This document shows positions 1 through 14,767 of a stretch of 64,000 bases of DNA, piece after piece. How positions within the stretch are numbered: position 1 is the first letter of the stretch; each line of letters starts with the position of its first letter. The notes under the pieces were generated by a model. The model saw only the letters and a program-made list of their open reading frames with translations, was not told the origin of the DNA and searched no databases. The stretch is from assembly GCF_013122565.1 (NCBI RefSeq), contig NZ_CP053258.1. One strand, written 5' to 3'. The translations under genes and the position numbers were made by a program. Origin of the DNA: Escherichia coli. Lineage in GTDB: Bacteria; Pseudomonadota; Gammaproteobacteria; Enterobacterales; Enterobacteriaceae.

Positions 1-130
1 ACAGGTACAAAAGGCACATGAGGCCTATAAACGTCTGCCTGGCGGTGCGCGTAACGACGCAGGCCCGATGCAGTACCTGATCCCCGGCTGGACCTTTGAC
101 CGTAAACGTCCCGTTTTCGGCCGTCATTGA
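1..130 (+). CDS. gudX: 3' end of glucarate dehydratase-related protein (5'-partial at window edge)
   Basis: Frame-2 translation ...[20 protein letters not shown] is paralogous to the GudD C-terminus and sits directly upstream of gudD as in E. coli. Confidence 0.6.
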   Translation, partial: QVQKAHEAYKRLPGGARNDAGPMQYLIPGWTFDRKRPVFGRH

Positions 131-150
131 TTCTGAAAAAGGACATAAAT

Positions 151-1491
151 ATGAGTTCTCAATTTACGACGCCTGTTGTTACTGAAATGCAGGTCATCCC
201 GGTGGCGGGCCATGACAGTATGCTGATGAATCTGAGTGGTGCACACGCACCGTTCTTCACGCGTAATATTGTGATTATCAAAGATAATTCTGGTCACACT
301 GGCGTAGGGGAAATTCCCGGCGGCGAGAAAATCCGTAAAACGCTGGAAGATGCGATTCCGCTGGTAGTGGGTAAAACGCTGGGTGAATACAAAAACGTTC
401 TGACGCTGGTGCGTAATACTTTTGCCGATCGTGATGCCGGCGGGCGCGGTTTGCAGACATTTGATTTGCGTACCACTATTCATGTAGTTACCGGGATAGA
501 AGCGGCAATGCTGGATCTGCTGGGGCAGCATCTGGGGGTTAACGTGGCATCCCTGCTGGGCGATGGTCAACAGCGTAGCGAAGTCGAAATGCTCGGTTAT
601 CTGTTCTTCGTCGGTAATCGCAAAGCCACACCACTGCCGTATCAAAGCCAGCCGGATGACTCATGCGACTGGTATCGCCTGCGTCATGAAGAAGCGATGA
701 CGCCGGATGCGGTAGTGCGCCTGGCGGAAGCGGCATATGAAAAATATGGCTTCAACGATTTCAAACTGAAGGGCGGTGTACTGGCCGGGGAAGAAGAAGC
801 CGAGTCTATTGTGGCACTGGCGAAACGCTTCCCACAGGCGCGTATTACGCTCGATCCTAACGGTGCCTGGTCGCTGAACGAAGCGATTAAAATCGGTAAA
901 TACCTGAAAGGTTCGCTGGCTTATGCAGAAGATCCGTGTGGTGCGGAGCAAGGTTTCTCCGGGCGTGAAGTGATGGCAGAGTTCCGTCGCGCAACTGGCC
1001 TGCCAACCGCAACCAATATGATCGCCACCGACTGGCGGCAGATGGGCCATACGCTCTCGTTACAATCCGTTGATATCCCGCTGGCGGATCCGCATTTCTG
1101 GACGATGCAAGGTTCGGTACGTGTGGCGCAAATGTGCCATGAATTTGGCCTGACCTGGGGTTCACACTCTAACAACCACTTCGATATTTCCCTGGCGATG
1201 TTTACCCATGTTGCCGCAGCTGCACCGGGTAAAATTACCGCTATTGATACACACTGGATCTGGCAGGAAGGCAATCAGCGCCTGACTAAAGAACCGTTTG
1301 AGATCAAAGGCGGGCTGGTACAGGTGCCAGAAAAACCGGGGCTGGGTGTAGAAATCGATATGGATCAAGTGATGAAAGCCCATGAGCTGTATCAGAAACA
1401 CGGGCTTGGCGCGCGTGACGATGCGATGGGAATGCAGTACCTGATTCCTGGCTGGACGTTCGATAACAAGCGTCCGTGCATGGTGCGTTAA
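151..1491 (+). CDS. gudD: Glucarate dehydratase
   Basis: ORF track 127..1491; ATG at 151 gives [20 protein letters not shown]..., enolase-superfamily glucarate dehydratase. Confidence 0.93.
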   Translation: MSSQFTTPVVTEMQVIPVAGHDSMLMNLSGAHAPFFTRNIVIIKDNSGHTGVGEIPGGEKIRKTLEDAIPLVVGKTLGEYKNVLTLVRNTFADRDAGGRGLQTFDLRTTIHVVTGIEAAMLDLLGQHLGVNVASLLGDGQQRSEVEMLGYLFFVGNRKATPLPYQSQPDDSCDWYRLRHEEAMTPDAVVRLAEAAYEKYGFNDFKLKGGVLAGEEEAESIVALAKRFPQARITLDPNGAWSLNEAIKIGKYLKGSLAYAEDPCGAEQGFSGREVMAEFRRATGLPTATNMIATDWRQMGHTLSLQSVDIPLADPHFWTMQGSVRVAQMCHEFGLTWGSHSNNHFDISLAMFTHVAAAAPGKITAIDTHWIWQEGNQRLTKEPFEIKGGLVQVPEKPGLGVEIDMDQVMKAHELYQKHGLGARDDAMGMQYLIPGWTFDNKRPCMVR

Positions 1492-1502
1492 GACAGAATA
1501 CC

Positions 1503-1531
1503 AAAACCGGCTCTATCTGGAGCCGGTTTGA
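1503..1531 (+). terminator. Rho-independent terminator-like hairpin after gudD
   Basis: aaaccggctc-tatctg-gagccggttt inverted repeat immediately 3' of the gudD stop. Confidence 0.5.
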
Positions 1532-1614
1532 GACTGATGCTAAACGCAAAATAGCCTGTTGTGCTATGTATCAGGTCTACATCATTTTTTAATTCATTGA
1601 ATTTAATTGGTTTT

Positions 1615-1650
1615 GTAGGCCGGATAAGGCGTTAACGCCGCATCCGGCAT
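1615..1650. repeat. REP (repetitive extragenic palindromic) element
   Basis: gtaggccggataaggcgttaacgccgcatccggcat matches the E. coli REP consensus; convergent gudD/barA intergenic. Confidence 0.7.
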
Positions 1651-1722
1651 AAACACAGGCACTTTGTCACCAATCTGAAACCAGCGTCATAAAAAGCCGA
1701 TTGCTACTCGACAAGACGTCCG

Positions 1723-4479
1723 TTACCCGAGAATTTTGCTGGCTTCGCGCGCGACATTATCCATCTCGTCCAACAGTTCCAGCAGCTCCGGCTCCAAATC
1801 TTCTTCTTTAGTACCGCTACGTAGCTGTTGTTCGATCAGTTGGCAGAGATTCTTCATACGCGGCACACCGCTATAGCCGCAACTGCCATGCAGTTTATGA
1901 ATCAAATCAACCAGGCCTTCCGGGTTTTCTCCAACCAGCTGTTCCTCAACTTTGTTGCGAACTTCAGGCAGGAAATCGAGTAACATTTGCAGCATATCGC
2001 GCGCTAAATCGGTTTTTCCTGCTGCCTGGCGTAGTGCCAGTTGCCAGTCGAGGGTCGCATTCGGGTTCACCACAATTTCGTTGACTTCGGGCGTCACGAC
2101 GCGAGAGGAAATACCGCTGCCAGGCTTGTAGCGCAACAACAAATTATGCAATCGCTCTTCTTCAATCGGTTTCGCCAGATAATCGCTCATCCCTGCGCCA
2201 AGCAGCTTCTCTTTTTGCCCGGCCATTGCATGCGCCGTTACCGCGATAACCGGCGTTTGTTGCTGATGGGGGAGCTGGTGGATGAGCTCGCAGGCCCGAA
2301 TGCCATCCATGTCCGGCATTTGAATATCCATTAAGATCAAATCGAACGGCATCTGTTTCGCCCGTTCAACCGCCTGATGCCCGCTATCGCAAAGTTCCAC
2401 ATGTTGCACCATATCTTCCAGCAATGCGCCGATAAGTTTCAGGTTAGCGGGGTTGTCATCAACCGCCATGACTGTCATTGCCAGCTTACTTTCATCGGTT
2501 ACAGGCAAAAGCGTGTTTTGTTTGTGATGACAAAATTCCGTCAGGGCAGGCAACAGGCGCGTAGGTGTTAATGGTTTCAGCAGACACGCGCCGATACCAT
2601 CTTGCTTAAGTTTTTCAGCATTGACTTGTGCATGGCAAGGAAGTGCCAGCATCAGGAAATCGGTCATCGATACCGCTTTCGCTAATCGCTCATGTTGCAT
2701 TGTTAGCGGCTCGCGGAAGGTCACCGCGATGCCTAACAACATCATGTCGTAATGCGCGGGAGGCAGCGCGGAGAACGTTGGGCTATAAACCACTTCCAGC
2801 GGCGTTTCACTTAAAATATCCAGCGTGCATTGCGCTGCTGCGGAGTTTGGTTCGACATAGGCCAGGCGCTTACCTGCGAGGCACTGGGTGGATGGCCCTT
2901 CGATAATAATGTTCGGGTTCAGATCGAGATTAATGTGGAACCAGAAAGTTGAACCGCGATTTGGCTGGCTATGGAACGAAATATCGCCGCCCATTTCATT
3001 AACCAGTTTTTGTGTAATCACCAGCCCCAGCCCGGTGCCACCATGACGGCGGGAAATACTGGCATCAGCCTGTCGGAAGGCCTGGAATAAGCGCGATTGA
3101 TCGCGTTCAGGAATACCAATGCCGGTATCCCGAATCTGCACTTCAATCTGCACTTTGGTATTACTCAGCGCACGTTTTTCTACCAGAATATCAATGTTGC
3201 CATTCTCGGTGAATTTAATTGCATTCCCCACCAGGTTAGTGATGATTTGCTGTAATCGCAGTGGGTCGCCGATCACGTTATCAGGCACGTCGCTTTTAAT
3301 ATTGAGCGTCAGTTCCAACCCTTTATCGTGAGAAGAATGTGCCAGCAGAGTAACGACTTCATCCAGCGTGCTGCGTAGTGGGAATGGAATACTTTCCAGA
3401 ATCAGCTTACCTGCTTCCAGTTTCGAGAAGTCGAGAACATCATTAATAATTGCCAGCAAATTATTTGCTGAACGTTCAATCGTATTCAGGTGATCGCGCT
3501 GCGTTGGTGTTAATTCTGTTTTCAGTGTCAGGCGGGTAAAGCCAATAACACCATTCAGTGGTGTACGCAGCTCGTGTGACATATTTGCCAGAAACTCGGA
3601 TTTAATACGCGCCGCTTCCTGGGCGCGCTTTTTCGCCAGATCCAACTCAACGTTCTGAATTTCCATCTGCTCCAGCGTTTCACGCAGATCGGACGTCGCC
3701 TGGTCGATATTGTGCTGCATCTCTTCGTGATAAGCAGCCAGCGACATTGCCATCGAGTTGATACCGTTTTTCAGCATATCCAGCTCGCCGAGCATAAATC
3801 CTTCCACCCGGCTGTCGAGTTGCCCGCGACGGATGCGGTCGACGGTATTCACCATGTTGCGAATCGGACCGGTTACATCGCGCATTAAGCGCCAGCCAAA
3901 AATAAGCGCAATACCGATACAAAACAGCATCATCACGCTGGAAATAAAGATCTCTTTATATTGCTGCAAGCGAACCGATTTAAGATCCAGCTCAAGCGCA
4001 ATATATCCCAACATATTTTGACTATTTTTGGCATCGCTACTGGGCGATTCGTCGGGGGAATAACTCTCAGAAATAATCGGCGTGCGGAGGATCATAATAT
4101 CGCCGTCACGAGTGACAGTGAGCTGGCGAGGAAACGGCACGTTGCTGCCGAGCTGCATTGATGAGGGATCAAGATGAAAATTGGAGGTGACAAAGAGTCG
4201 GTTATTTTCATCATAAACCGAAATCGCGCGAACAATATCAGAATGGCGACGATGCAGTACGCTTATTAACTGACCGATAGATTCGCGATTTTGCAGGCTC
4301 ATGCCATATTCAGTAGAAACTGCAAGCGGCTCAATAATGCTGGCACCGGCATCTTCCAGTTGACGCTGCAAGTCGTTATAGCGATGCACGACGAAAAAGA
4401 TACTCAGCAATAAACCAATAAGGACGGTCGGTGCCAGGATCAGAATCATCATGCGTGCGCGCAGGCTGTAGTTGGTCAT
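1723..4479 (-). CDS. barA: Hybrid sensor histidine kinase BarA
   Basis: 918 aa ORF with TM N-terminus, HAMP, HisKA (SHELRTPLN), HATPase, receiver and HPt domains. Confidence 0.95.
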
Positions 4480-4535
4480 GGAGTTCCGTTATGGGACAAT
4501 TAAGGTCACACTGTTAAATTGAGAAAGTCTCGCCA

Positions 4536-5837
4536 ATGGCGCAATTCTACTCTGCAAAACGACGCACGACGACGCGTCAGATCATAACCGTTTCAGTCAA
4601 CGACCTCGACTCTTTTGGTCAGGGCGTGGCGCGACATAACGGCAAAACGCTATTTATCCCCGGATTATTACCGCAGGAAAACGCGGAAGTTACTGTTACT
4701 GAAGATAAAAAACAGTATGCCCGCGCTAAAGTCGTACGCCGGTTAAGCGATAACCCGGAACGCGAAACGCCACGCTGTCCTCATTTTGGCGTATGCGGCG
4801 GCTGTCAGCAACAACACGCCAGCGTGGATTTACAGCAGCGAAGCAAAAGTGCGGCACTCGCCCGATTAATGAAACACGAAGTCTCTGAAGTGATCGCCGA
4901 TGTTCCCTGGGGCTATCGCCGTCGCGCGCGTTTAAGTCTGAATTACTTACCGAAAACACAGCAACTTCAGATGGGGTTTCGCAAAGCGGGCTCCAGTGAC
5001 ATTGTCGACGTTAAACAATGCCCCATTTTAGTGCCCCAACTTGAAGCATTGCTGCCCAAAGTCAGGGCATGCCTGGGCAGCTTACAAGCTATGCGCCATC
5101 TTGGTCATGTTGAACTGGTACAGGCAACCAGCGGCACGCTGATGATTTTGCGCCATACCGCACCGCTAAGTTCGGCAGATCGCGAAAAACTGGAACGCTT
5201 TTCGCATTCTGAAGGCCTGGATCTGTATCTCGCCCCCGATAGTGAGATACTCGAAACCGTCTCTGGTGAGATGCCCTGGTATGACTCAAACGGGTTGCGC
5301 TTAACTTTTAGCCCGCGCGATTTTATTCAGGTCAATGCGGGTGTGAACCAAAAAATGGTAGCGCGTGCGTTGGAATGGCTGGATGTGCAACCTGAAGATC
5401 GCGTACTGGATCTGTTCTGCGGTATGGGCAACTTTACACTGCCATTGGCGACACAAGCTGCCAGTGTGGTCGGTGTAGAAGGTGTTCCGGCGCTGGTGGA
5501 AAAAGGCCAGCAGAATGCGCGTCTTAATGGCTTACAGAATGTGACGTTTTATCACGAAAATCTTGAAGAAGATGTCACAAAGCAGCCGTGGGCGAAAAAC
5601 GGCTTCGATAAAGTGTTGCTGGACCCTGCGCGAGCAGGTGCCGCAGGTGTTATGCAGCAAATTATAAAACTGGAACCTATTCGTATAGTTTATGTATCCT
5701 GTAACCCTGCAACGCTGGCTCGGGATAGCGAAGCGTTATTAAAAGCAGGATATACCATTGCGCGACTGGCGATGCTGGATATGTTCCCACACACGGGACA
5801 TCTGGAATCGATGGTACTTTTCTCGCGCGTTAAATAG
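4536..5837 (+). CDS. rlmD: 23S rRNA (uracil1939-C5)-methyltransferase RlmD (RumA)
   Basis: 433 aa; TRAM domain, Cys cluster ([11 protein letters not shown]) and SAM methyltransferase motifs; divergent from barA. Confidence 0.93.
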   Translation: MAQFYSAKRRTTTRQIITVSVNDLDSFGQGVARHNGKTLFIPGLLPQENAEVTVTEDKKQYARAKVVRRLSDNPERETPRCPHFGVCGGCQQQHASVDLQQRSKSAALARLMKHEVSEVIADVPWGYRRRARLSLNYLPKTQQLQMGFRKAGSSDIVDVKQCPILVPQLEALLPKVRACLGSLQAMRHLGHVELVQATSGTLMILRHTAPLSSADREKLERFSHSEGLDLYLAPDSEILETVSGEMPWYDSNGLRLTFSPRDFIQVNAGVNQKMVARALEWLDVQPEDRVLDLFCGMGNFTLPLATQAASVVGVEGVPALVEKGQQNARLNGLQNVTFYHENLEEDVTKQPWAKNGFDKVLLDPARAGAAGVMQQIIKLEPIRIVYVSCNPATLARDSEALLKAGYTIARLAMLDMFPHTGHLESMVLFSRVK

Positions 5838-5884
5838 TTGCGATTTGCCGATTTCGGCAGGTCTGGTCCCTAAAGGAGAGGACG

Positions 5885-8119
5885 ATGGTTGCGGTAAGAA
5901 GTGCACATATCAATAAGGCTGGTGAATTTGATCCGGAAAAATGGATCGCAAGTCTGGGTATTACCAGCCAGAAGTCGTGTGAGTGCTTAGCCGAAACCTG
6001 GGCGTATTGTCTGCAACAGACGCAGGGGCATCCGGATGCCAGTCTGTTATTGTGGCGTGGTGTTGAGATGGTGGAGATCCTCTCGACATTAAGTATGGAC
6101 ATTGACACGCTGCGGGCGGCGCTGCTTTTCCCTCTGGCGGATGCCAACGTAGTCAGCGAAGATGTGCTGCGTGAGAGCGTCGGTAAGTCGGTCGTTAACC
6201 TTATTCACGGCGTGCGTGATATGGCGGCGATCCGCCAGCTGAAAGCGACGCACACTGATTCTGTTTCCTCCGAACAGGTCGATAACGTTCGCCGGATGTT
6301 ATTGGCGATGGTCGATGATTTTCGCTGCGTGGTCATCAAACTGGCGGAGCGTATTGCTCATCTGCGTGAAGTAAAAGATGCGCCGGAAGATGAACGCGTA
6401 CTGGCGGCAAAAGAGTGCACCAATATCTACGCGCCGTTGGCAAACCGTCTTGGGATTGGGCAACTGAAATGGGAGCTGGAAGATTACTGCTTCCGTTATC
6501 TCCACCCGACCGAATACAAACGCATCGCAAAACTGTTGCATGAACGCCGTCTCGACCGCGAACACTATATCGAAGAGTTTGTCGGTCATCTGCGCGCTGA
6601 GATGAAAGCTGAAGGCGTTAAAGCTGAAGTGTATGGTCGTCCGAAACACATCTACAGCATCTGGCGCAAAATGCAGAAAAAGAACCTCGCCTTCGATGAG
6701 CTGTTTGATGTGCGTGCGGTACGTATTGTCGCCGAGCGTTTACAGGATTGTTATGCCGCACTGGGGATAGTGCACACTCACTATCGCCACCTGCCGGATG
6801 AGTTTGACGATTATGTCGCTAACCCGAAACCAAACGGTTATCAGTCTATTCATACCGTGGTTCTGGGGCCGGGTGGAAAAACCGTTGAGATCCAAATCCG
6901 CACCAAACAGATGCATGAAGATGCAGAGTTGGGTGTTGCTGCGCACTGGAAATATAAAGAGGGCGCGGCAGCTGGCGGCGCACGTTCGGGACATGAAGAC
7001 CGGATTGCCTGGCTGCGTAAACTGATTGCGTGGCAGGAAGAGATGGCTGATTCCGGCGAAATGCTCGACGAAGTACGTAGTCAGGTCTTTGACGACCGGG
7101 TGTACGTCTTTACGCCGAAAGGTGATGTCGTTGATTTGCCTGCGGGATCAACGCCGCTGGACTTCGCTTACCACATCCACAGTGATGTCGGACACCGCTG
7201 CATCGGGGCAAAAATTGGCGGGCGCATTGTGCCGTTCACCTACCAGCTGCAGATGGGCGACCAGATTGAAATTATCACCCAGAAACAGCCGAACCCCAGC
7301 CGTGACTGGTTAAACCCAAACCTCGGTTACGTCACAACCAGCCGTGGGCGTTCGAAAATTCACGCCTGGTTCCGTAAACAGGACCGTGACAAAAACATTC
7401 TGGCTGGGCGGCAAATCCTTGACGACGAGCTGGAACATCTGGGGATCAGCCTGAAAGAAGCAGAAAAACATCTGCTGCCGCGTTACAACTTCAATGATGT
7501 CGACGAGTTGCTGGCGGCGATTGGTGGAGGGGATATCCGTCTCAATCAGATGGTAAACTTCCTGCAATCGCAATTTAATAAGCCGAGTGCCGAAGAGCAG
7601 GACGCCGCCGCGCTGAAGCAACTTCAGCAAAAAAGCTACACGCCGCAAAACCGCAGTAAAGATAACGGTCGTGTGGTGGTTGAAGGTGTCGGTAACCTGA
7701 TGCACCACATCGCGCGCTGCTGCCAGCCGATTCCTGGAGATGAGATTGTCGGCTTCATTACCCAGGGACGCGGTATTTCAGTACACCGCGCCGATTGCGA
7801 ACAACTGGCGGAACTGCGCTCCCATGCGCCAGAACGCATTGTTGACGCGGTATGGGGCGAGAGCTACTCCGCCGGATATTCGCTGGTGGTCCGCGTGGTG
7901 GCTAATGATCGTAGTGGGTTGTTACGTGATATCACGACCATTCTCGCCAATGAGAAAGTGAACGTGCTTGGCGTTGCCAGCCGTAGCGACACCAAACAGC
8001 AACTGGCGACCATCGACATGACCATTGAGATTTACAACCTGCAAGTGCTGGGTCGCGTGCTGGGTAAACTCAACCAGGTGCCGGATGTTATCGACGCGCG
8101 TCGGTTGCACGGGAGTTAG
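5885..8119 (+). CDS. relA: GTP pyrophosphokinase ((p)ppGpp synthetase I)
   Basis: 744 aa; ends ...VPDVIDARRLHGS, typical RelA. Confidence 0.96.
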   Translation: MVAVRSAHINKAGEFDPEKWIASLGITSQKSCECLAETWAYCLQQTQGHPDASLLLWRGVEMVEILSTLSMDIDTLRAALLFPLADANVVSEDVLRESVGKSVVNLIHGVRDMAAIRQLKATHTDSVSSEQVDNVRRMLLAMVDDFRCVVIKLAERIAHLREVKDAPEDERVLAAKECTNIYAPLANRLGIGQLKWELEDYCFRYLHPTEYKRIAKLLHERRLDREHYIEEFVGHLRAEMKAEGVKAEVYGRPKHIYSIWRKMQKKNLAFDELFDVRAVRIVAERLQDCYAALGIVHTHYRHLPDEFDDYVANPKPNGYQSIHTVVLGPGGKTVEIQIRTKQMHEDAELGVAAHWKYKEGAAAGGARSGHEDRIAWLRKLIAWQEEMADSGEMLDEVRSQVFDDRVYVFTPKGDVVDLPAGSTPLDFAYHIHSDVGHRCIGAKIGGRIVPFTYQLQMGDQIEIITQKQPNPSRDWLNPNLGYVTTSRGRSKIHAWFRKQDRDKNILAGRQILDDELEHLGISLKEAEKHLLPRYNFNDVDELLAAIGGGDIRLNQMVNFLQSQFNKPSAEEQDAAALKQLQQKSYTPQNRSKDNGRVVVEGVGNLMHHIARCCQPIPGDEIVGFITQGRGISVHRADCEQLAELRSHAPERIVDAVWGESYSAGYSLVVRVVANDRSGLLRDITTILANEKVNVLGVASRSDTKQQLATIDMTIEIYNLQVLGRVLGKLNQVPDVIDARRLHGS

Positions 8120-8214
8120 TCTTACATAGCTGGATATGGCGTCAGCCGTATCCAGCGATATCTTTTACTCGAAGGTATTACACCTGACAGATCCGCAATT
8201 TTCAGGACAATTCA

Positions 8215-9006
8215 ATGAATCAAATCGACCGTTTGCTCACCATCATGCAGCGTCTTCGCGACCCGGAAAACGGCTGCCCGTGGGATAAAGAGCAGACATT
8301 TGCAACCATTGCGCCTTACACCCTTGAAGAAACCTACGAAGTGCTGGACGCCATCGCCCGCGAAGACTTTGACGATCTGCGCGGTGAACTCGGCGATCTG
8401 CTGTTCCAGGTGGTGTTTTACGCACAAATGGCCCAGGAAGAAGGGCGCTTTGATTTTAATGATATTTGCGCCGCGATTAGCGATAAATTAGAGCGTCGCC
8501 ATCCGCATGTTTTTGCTGACAGTTCTGCCGGAAACAGCCGCGAAGTTCTCGCCCGTTGGGAGCAAATCAAAACCGAAGAGCGCGCGCAGAAAGCGCAGCA
8601 TTCGGCGCTGGACGATATTCCTCGTAGTTTACCAGCCTTAATGCGTGCGCAAAAAATCCAGAAACGTTGCGCCAACGTTGGCTTCGACTGGACGACGCTT
8701 GGCCCGGTGGTTGATAAAGTCTACGAAGAGATCGATGAGGTGATGTGCGAGGCACGGCAGGCTGTTATCGACCAGGCTAAACTGGAGGAGGAAATGGGGG
8801 ACCTGCTGTTTGCCACGGTCAATCTGGCTCGTCATTTAGGGACAAAAGCGGAAATCGCATTGCAAAAAGCGAACGAAAAATTCGAGCGTCGTTTTCGCGA
8901 AGTGGAGCGTATTGTTGCCGCGCGTGGACTGGAAATGACAGGTGTTGACCTCGAAACAATGGAAGAAGTCTGGCAACAGGTAAAACGGCAGGAAATTGAT
9001 CTCTAA
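8215..9006 (+). CDS. mazG: Nucleoside triphosphate pyrophosphohydrolase MazG
   Basis: 263 aa, tandem MazG domains; starts 95 bp after the relA stop. Confidence 0.94.
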   Translation: MNQIDRLLTIMQRLRDPENGCPWDKEQTFATIAPYTLEETYEVLDAIAREDFDDLRGELGDLLFQVVFYAQMAQEEGRFDFNDICAAISDKLERRHPHVFADSSAGNSREVLARWEQIKTEERAQKAQHSALDDIPRSLPALMRAQKIQKRCANVGFDWTTLGPVVDKVYEEIDEVMCEARQAVIDQAKLEEEMGDLLFATVNLARHLGTKAEIALQKANEKFERRFREVERIVAARGLEMTGVDLETMEEVWQQVKRQEIDL

Positions 9007-9218
9007 GGGAATTACGTGGTCAAGCGCGATTTGTGTCATTTTTTAAATGACAAGCGCTTGATTTGCGTCAAAAACATTTACCCCAAAGGGGCTATTTTCT
9101 CACTCCTGATTTCAATAGTGCGCTGGCGAAGAGGAGGGATAATGAAAGTTTGTGGCACAGGTCATGTTCGGGTATACTGCTTTCCCGTCCTGGTTATTCC
9201 ATCGTCTTTTCAACCTAA

Positions 9219-10871
<1,653 letters not shown>

Positions 10872-10890
10872 GTAAAAAAGTTAGAACGGC

Positions 10891-10919
10891 AACGCGTACC
10901 CTGGGTACGCGTTGTTTGT
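10891..10919 (+). terminator. Hairpin (terminator/attenuator-like) between pyrG and eno
   Basis: aacgcgtaccc/gggtacgcgtt inverted repeat followed by a T-rich run. Confidence 0.45.
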
Positions 10920-10943
10920 CTGGAGTTTCAGTTTAACTAGTGA

Positions 10944-12257
<1,314 letters not shown>

Positions 12258-12275
12258 GTCTGACTTTATCTGATT

Positions 12276-12308
12276 TAAAAATGCCAGCCTCCGGGCTGGC
12301 ATTTTTTA
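12276..12308. terminator. Bidirectional rho-independent terminator between convergent eno and ygcG
   Basis: aaaaatgccagcc-tccg-ggctggcatttttt: perfect stem flanked by A-run and T-run. Confidence 0.75.
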
Positions 12309-12316
12309 TGGTTGAG

Positions 12317-13189
12317 TTACCAGCGGCCAGATGCGCCGCCCCCGCCAGAAGAACCGCCCCCGCCGCTAAACCCGCCGCTATCTGAGCCTCCAGCGGAACC
12401 GCTGTTGTCTGAATGATAACTTCTACCAGATGCTCTTTTCTGAAGTACACATAAACAGGTAAAGACCATAAATATGGTGAAAGTAAAAAAGAAGGAAAAT
12501 ACAGCAATGGAAAAAGTTTTATCGGAGAACAGGAATAAATCTAAAAGATAGATTGCTGAAATACAGACTCCACTTTTACATGCGCGACAAAAATTACTGC
12601 CTTGATGAAAAAACCAGAAAGGGAAGAACATCACTGCAAATACCCAAAAAATAGCAAAGTAATAATGATCACTGGAAGACGCTGATTCACTTTCTGAAGG
12701 ATTAGCCGGATATTGGTGTTGTGAAGTGAGTTGGTTATTCAAAGCGTTTATAGCTAGCTCTAATCCCTGAGCTAATTTTTGTTGTTTAAATGCGGGTATC
12801 ATGTTGCTACGGATGATATCTCCAGCCAGAGCATCGGTTACCTTTTCTTCCAGCCCATAACCTACCTGGATGCGGACAGTACGATCCGACCAGGCAACAA
12901 TGATCAGTATCCCATCATTACGTTTGGCATCTCCTAAACGCCAATTGTCAAAAACTCTTGTAGCATATTGTTCAATTGTCTCGTCTTTGGTTGTGGGAAC
13001 AATTAATACAGCAATTTGCACTTGGGTATTATTGAAAATAGATTCTAACTTGTACGTCAGTTCTTTCTTTTCTTGTGAGTTTAAGCTACTGGTAAGATCC
13101 GTAACTTGTTGCTGTAATGATGGGACAATAGTTGGTTGGGCTGCAACAAAGGAACACACGAATGTGAACATTAGTATGAAATAGCGCAT
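12317..13189 (-). CDS. ygcG: TPM-domain protein YgcG (signal peptide, Gly/Ser-rich C-terminus)
   Basis: ORF track 12317..13471; internal start [19 protein letters not shown] (signal peptide) gives 290 aa; the 5' extension is AT-rich and unlikely to be coding. Confidence 0.8.
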   Translation of the reverse strand: MRYFILMFTFVCSFVAAQPTIVPSLQQQVTDLTSSLNSQEKKELTYKLESIFNNTQVQIAVLIVPTTKDETIEQYATRVFDNWRLGDAKRNDGILIIVAWSDRTVRIQVGYGLEEKVTDALAGDIIRSNMIPAFKQQKLAQGLELAINALNNQLTSQHQYPANPSESESASSSDHYYFAIFWVFAVMFFPFWFFHQGSNFCRACKSGVCISAIYLLDLFLFSDKTFSIAVFSFFFTFTIFMVFTCLCVLQKRASGRSYHSDNSGSAGGSDSGGFSGGGGSSGGGGASGRW

Positions 13190-13481
13190 TATAAATTTCT
13201 CATTAAATCTGGATAAATAAATTGACGGCGGCATCGGTAATTTGAGATTCGTTATCATTAAAAAAGAATACAGAAAAATAAATATAAATTTGGTGAATGT
13301 TTTTGACATGATTAAATCCATTTTCTTTATTTTCTTCTGACATAATACGTTACTCCCTTTAATTCTTAACGATATGTTTCGCATTTTTCTTGAAACCTGC
13401 CTGTAACAGAATGTTAATAAGACATGATTGTTGTGGCAGGATCTGCAATAATTAACAATTATCCACTTCACAGAGAATGCT

Positions 13482-14153
13482 ATGCAGTACCCGATTAACG
13501 AGATGTTCCAGACCCTGCAAGGTGAGGGTTACTTTACCGGCGTCCCCGCCATTTTTATTCGTTTACAGGGATGCCCGGTTGGCTGTGCCTGGTGCGACAC
13601 CAAACACACCTGGGAAAAGCTTGAGGATCGGGAAGTCTCCCTTTTCAGCATTCTGGCGAAGACCAAAGAGAGTGATAAGTGGGGGGCGGCGAGCAGTGAA
13701 GACTTGCTGGCTGTCATTGGTCGCCAGGGATATACCGCGCGGCATGTGGTGATTACGGGGGGTGAGCCTTGCATTCATGATTTGCTGCCACTGACTGACC
13801 TGCTCGAAAAGAACGGTTTTAGCTGCCAGATCGAAACCAGTGGTACTCATGAAGTACGCTGTACACCGAATACCTGGGTTACCGTATCGCCAAAGCTGAA
13901 CATGCGCGGCGGCTATGAAGTGTTGTCACAGGCACTGGAGCGAGCCAACGAAATCAAGCATCCAGTGGGACGCGTACGTGATATTGAAGCACTGGATGAA
14001 CTTTTGGCGACGCTGACCGATGATAAACCGCGAGTCATTGCACTGCAGCCGATTAGCCAAAAGGATGATGCCACACGTTTGTGCATTGAAACCTGCATTG
14101 CGCGTAATTGGCGTTTGTCGATGCAAACCCATAAATATTTAAATATTGCCTGA
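13482..14153 (+). CDS. queE: 7-carboxy-7-deazaguanine synthase (radical SAM)
   Basis: 223 aa; CxxxCxxC-type cluster motif ([13 protein letters not shown]). Confidence 0.92.
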   Translation: MQYPINEMFQTLQGEGYFTGVPAIFIRLQGCPVGCAWCDTKHTWEKLEDREVSLFSILAKTKESDKWGAASSEDLLAVIGRQGYTARHVVITGGEPCIHDLLPLTDLLEKNGFSCQIETSGTHEVRCTPNTWVTVSPKLNMRGGYEVLSQALERANEIKHPVGRVRDIEALDELLATLTDDKPRVIALQPISQKDDATRLCIETCIARNWRLSMQTHKYLNIA

Positions 14154-14160
14154 TTAAACA

Positions 14161-14490
14161 TTTATAAGTGTTATAAATGGGTGGAACCTGTAAAGAATTC
14201 CACTCATTTATATTGTTTGTCGCCTCTGAAAACCCCTCTTTTTTGCCCATCCTTGACTAATCATTATCATTCTCTACAAATTCTGTGGCGTTAATTTTTC
14301 GCTGGAGTGAAAATTATTGCGGTAAAGTTTGGTAGATTTTAGTTTGAATAGAGTTATTTTAAATATTTATCTTTTTAATCAATGGATTAAGTGCTCTTTA
14401 ACATAATGGATGTGTTGTTTGTGTGATCCTGTAAAGTTGTTAGATTGTGACTGGCTTAAAAAATCATTAATTAATAATAGGTTATGTTTA
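14161..14490 (+). promoter_or_regulatory. CRISPR leader (AT-rich), ending ...ctggcttaaaaaatcattaattaataataggttatgttta
   Basis: AT-rich block abutting the first repeat; the 3' end matches the E. coli type I-E leader terminus as I recall it. Confidence 0.7.
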
Positions 14491-14702
14491 GAGTTCCCCG
14501 CGCCAGCGGGGATAAACCGGCGATTATAGCGGACTTTCAAGAGAACAGTCTGAGTTCCCCGCGCCAGCGGGGATAAACCGTGGAAAATCACCGACAATAT
14601 TCGACATGGAGAGAGTTCCCCGCGCCAGCGAGGATAAACCGTTATCGGTCATCAACTATAGCGCGTATTTACTAAGTTCCCCGTTCCAACACGAATAATC
14701 CG
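14491..14702 (+). CDS. placeholder
   Basis: placeholder. Confidence 0.
14491..14702 (+). CRISPR. Type I-E CRISPR mini-array: 4 repeats (4th degenerate), 3 spacers of 32 bp
   Basis: Repeats GAGTTCCCCGCGCCAGCGGGGATAAACCG at 14491, 14552, 14613 (one G>A change) and a degenerate copy at 14674; AT-rich leader upstream. Confidence 0.93.
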
Positions 14703-14767
14703 ATAATATCGACGATACCAACCTAATATTATCAAATGTTAAAGGTTCTAATTTAAGAGGAAATTTA

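Noticed and set aside
13190-13471. N-terminal 94-codon extension of the ygcG ORF
   Set aside because: The extension is AT-rich, has no domain or signal features and overlaps the divergent promoter region; the internal start at the signal peptide matches the expected protein length.
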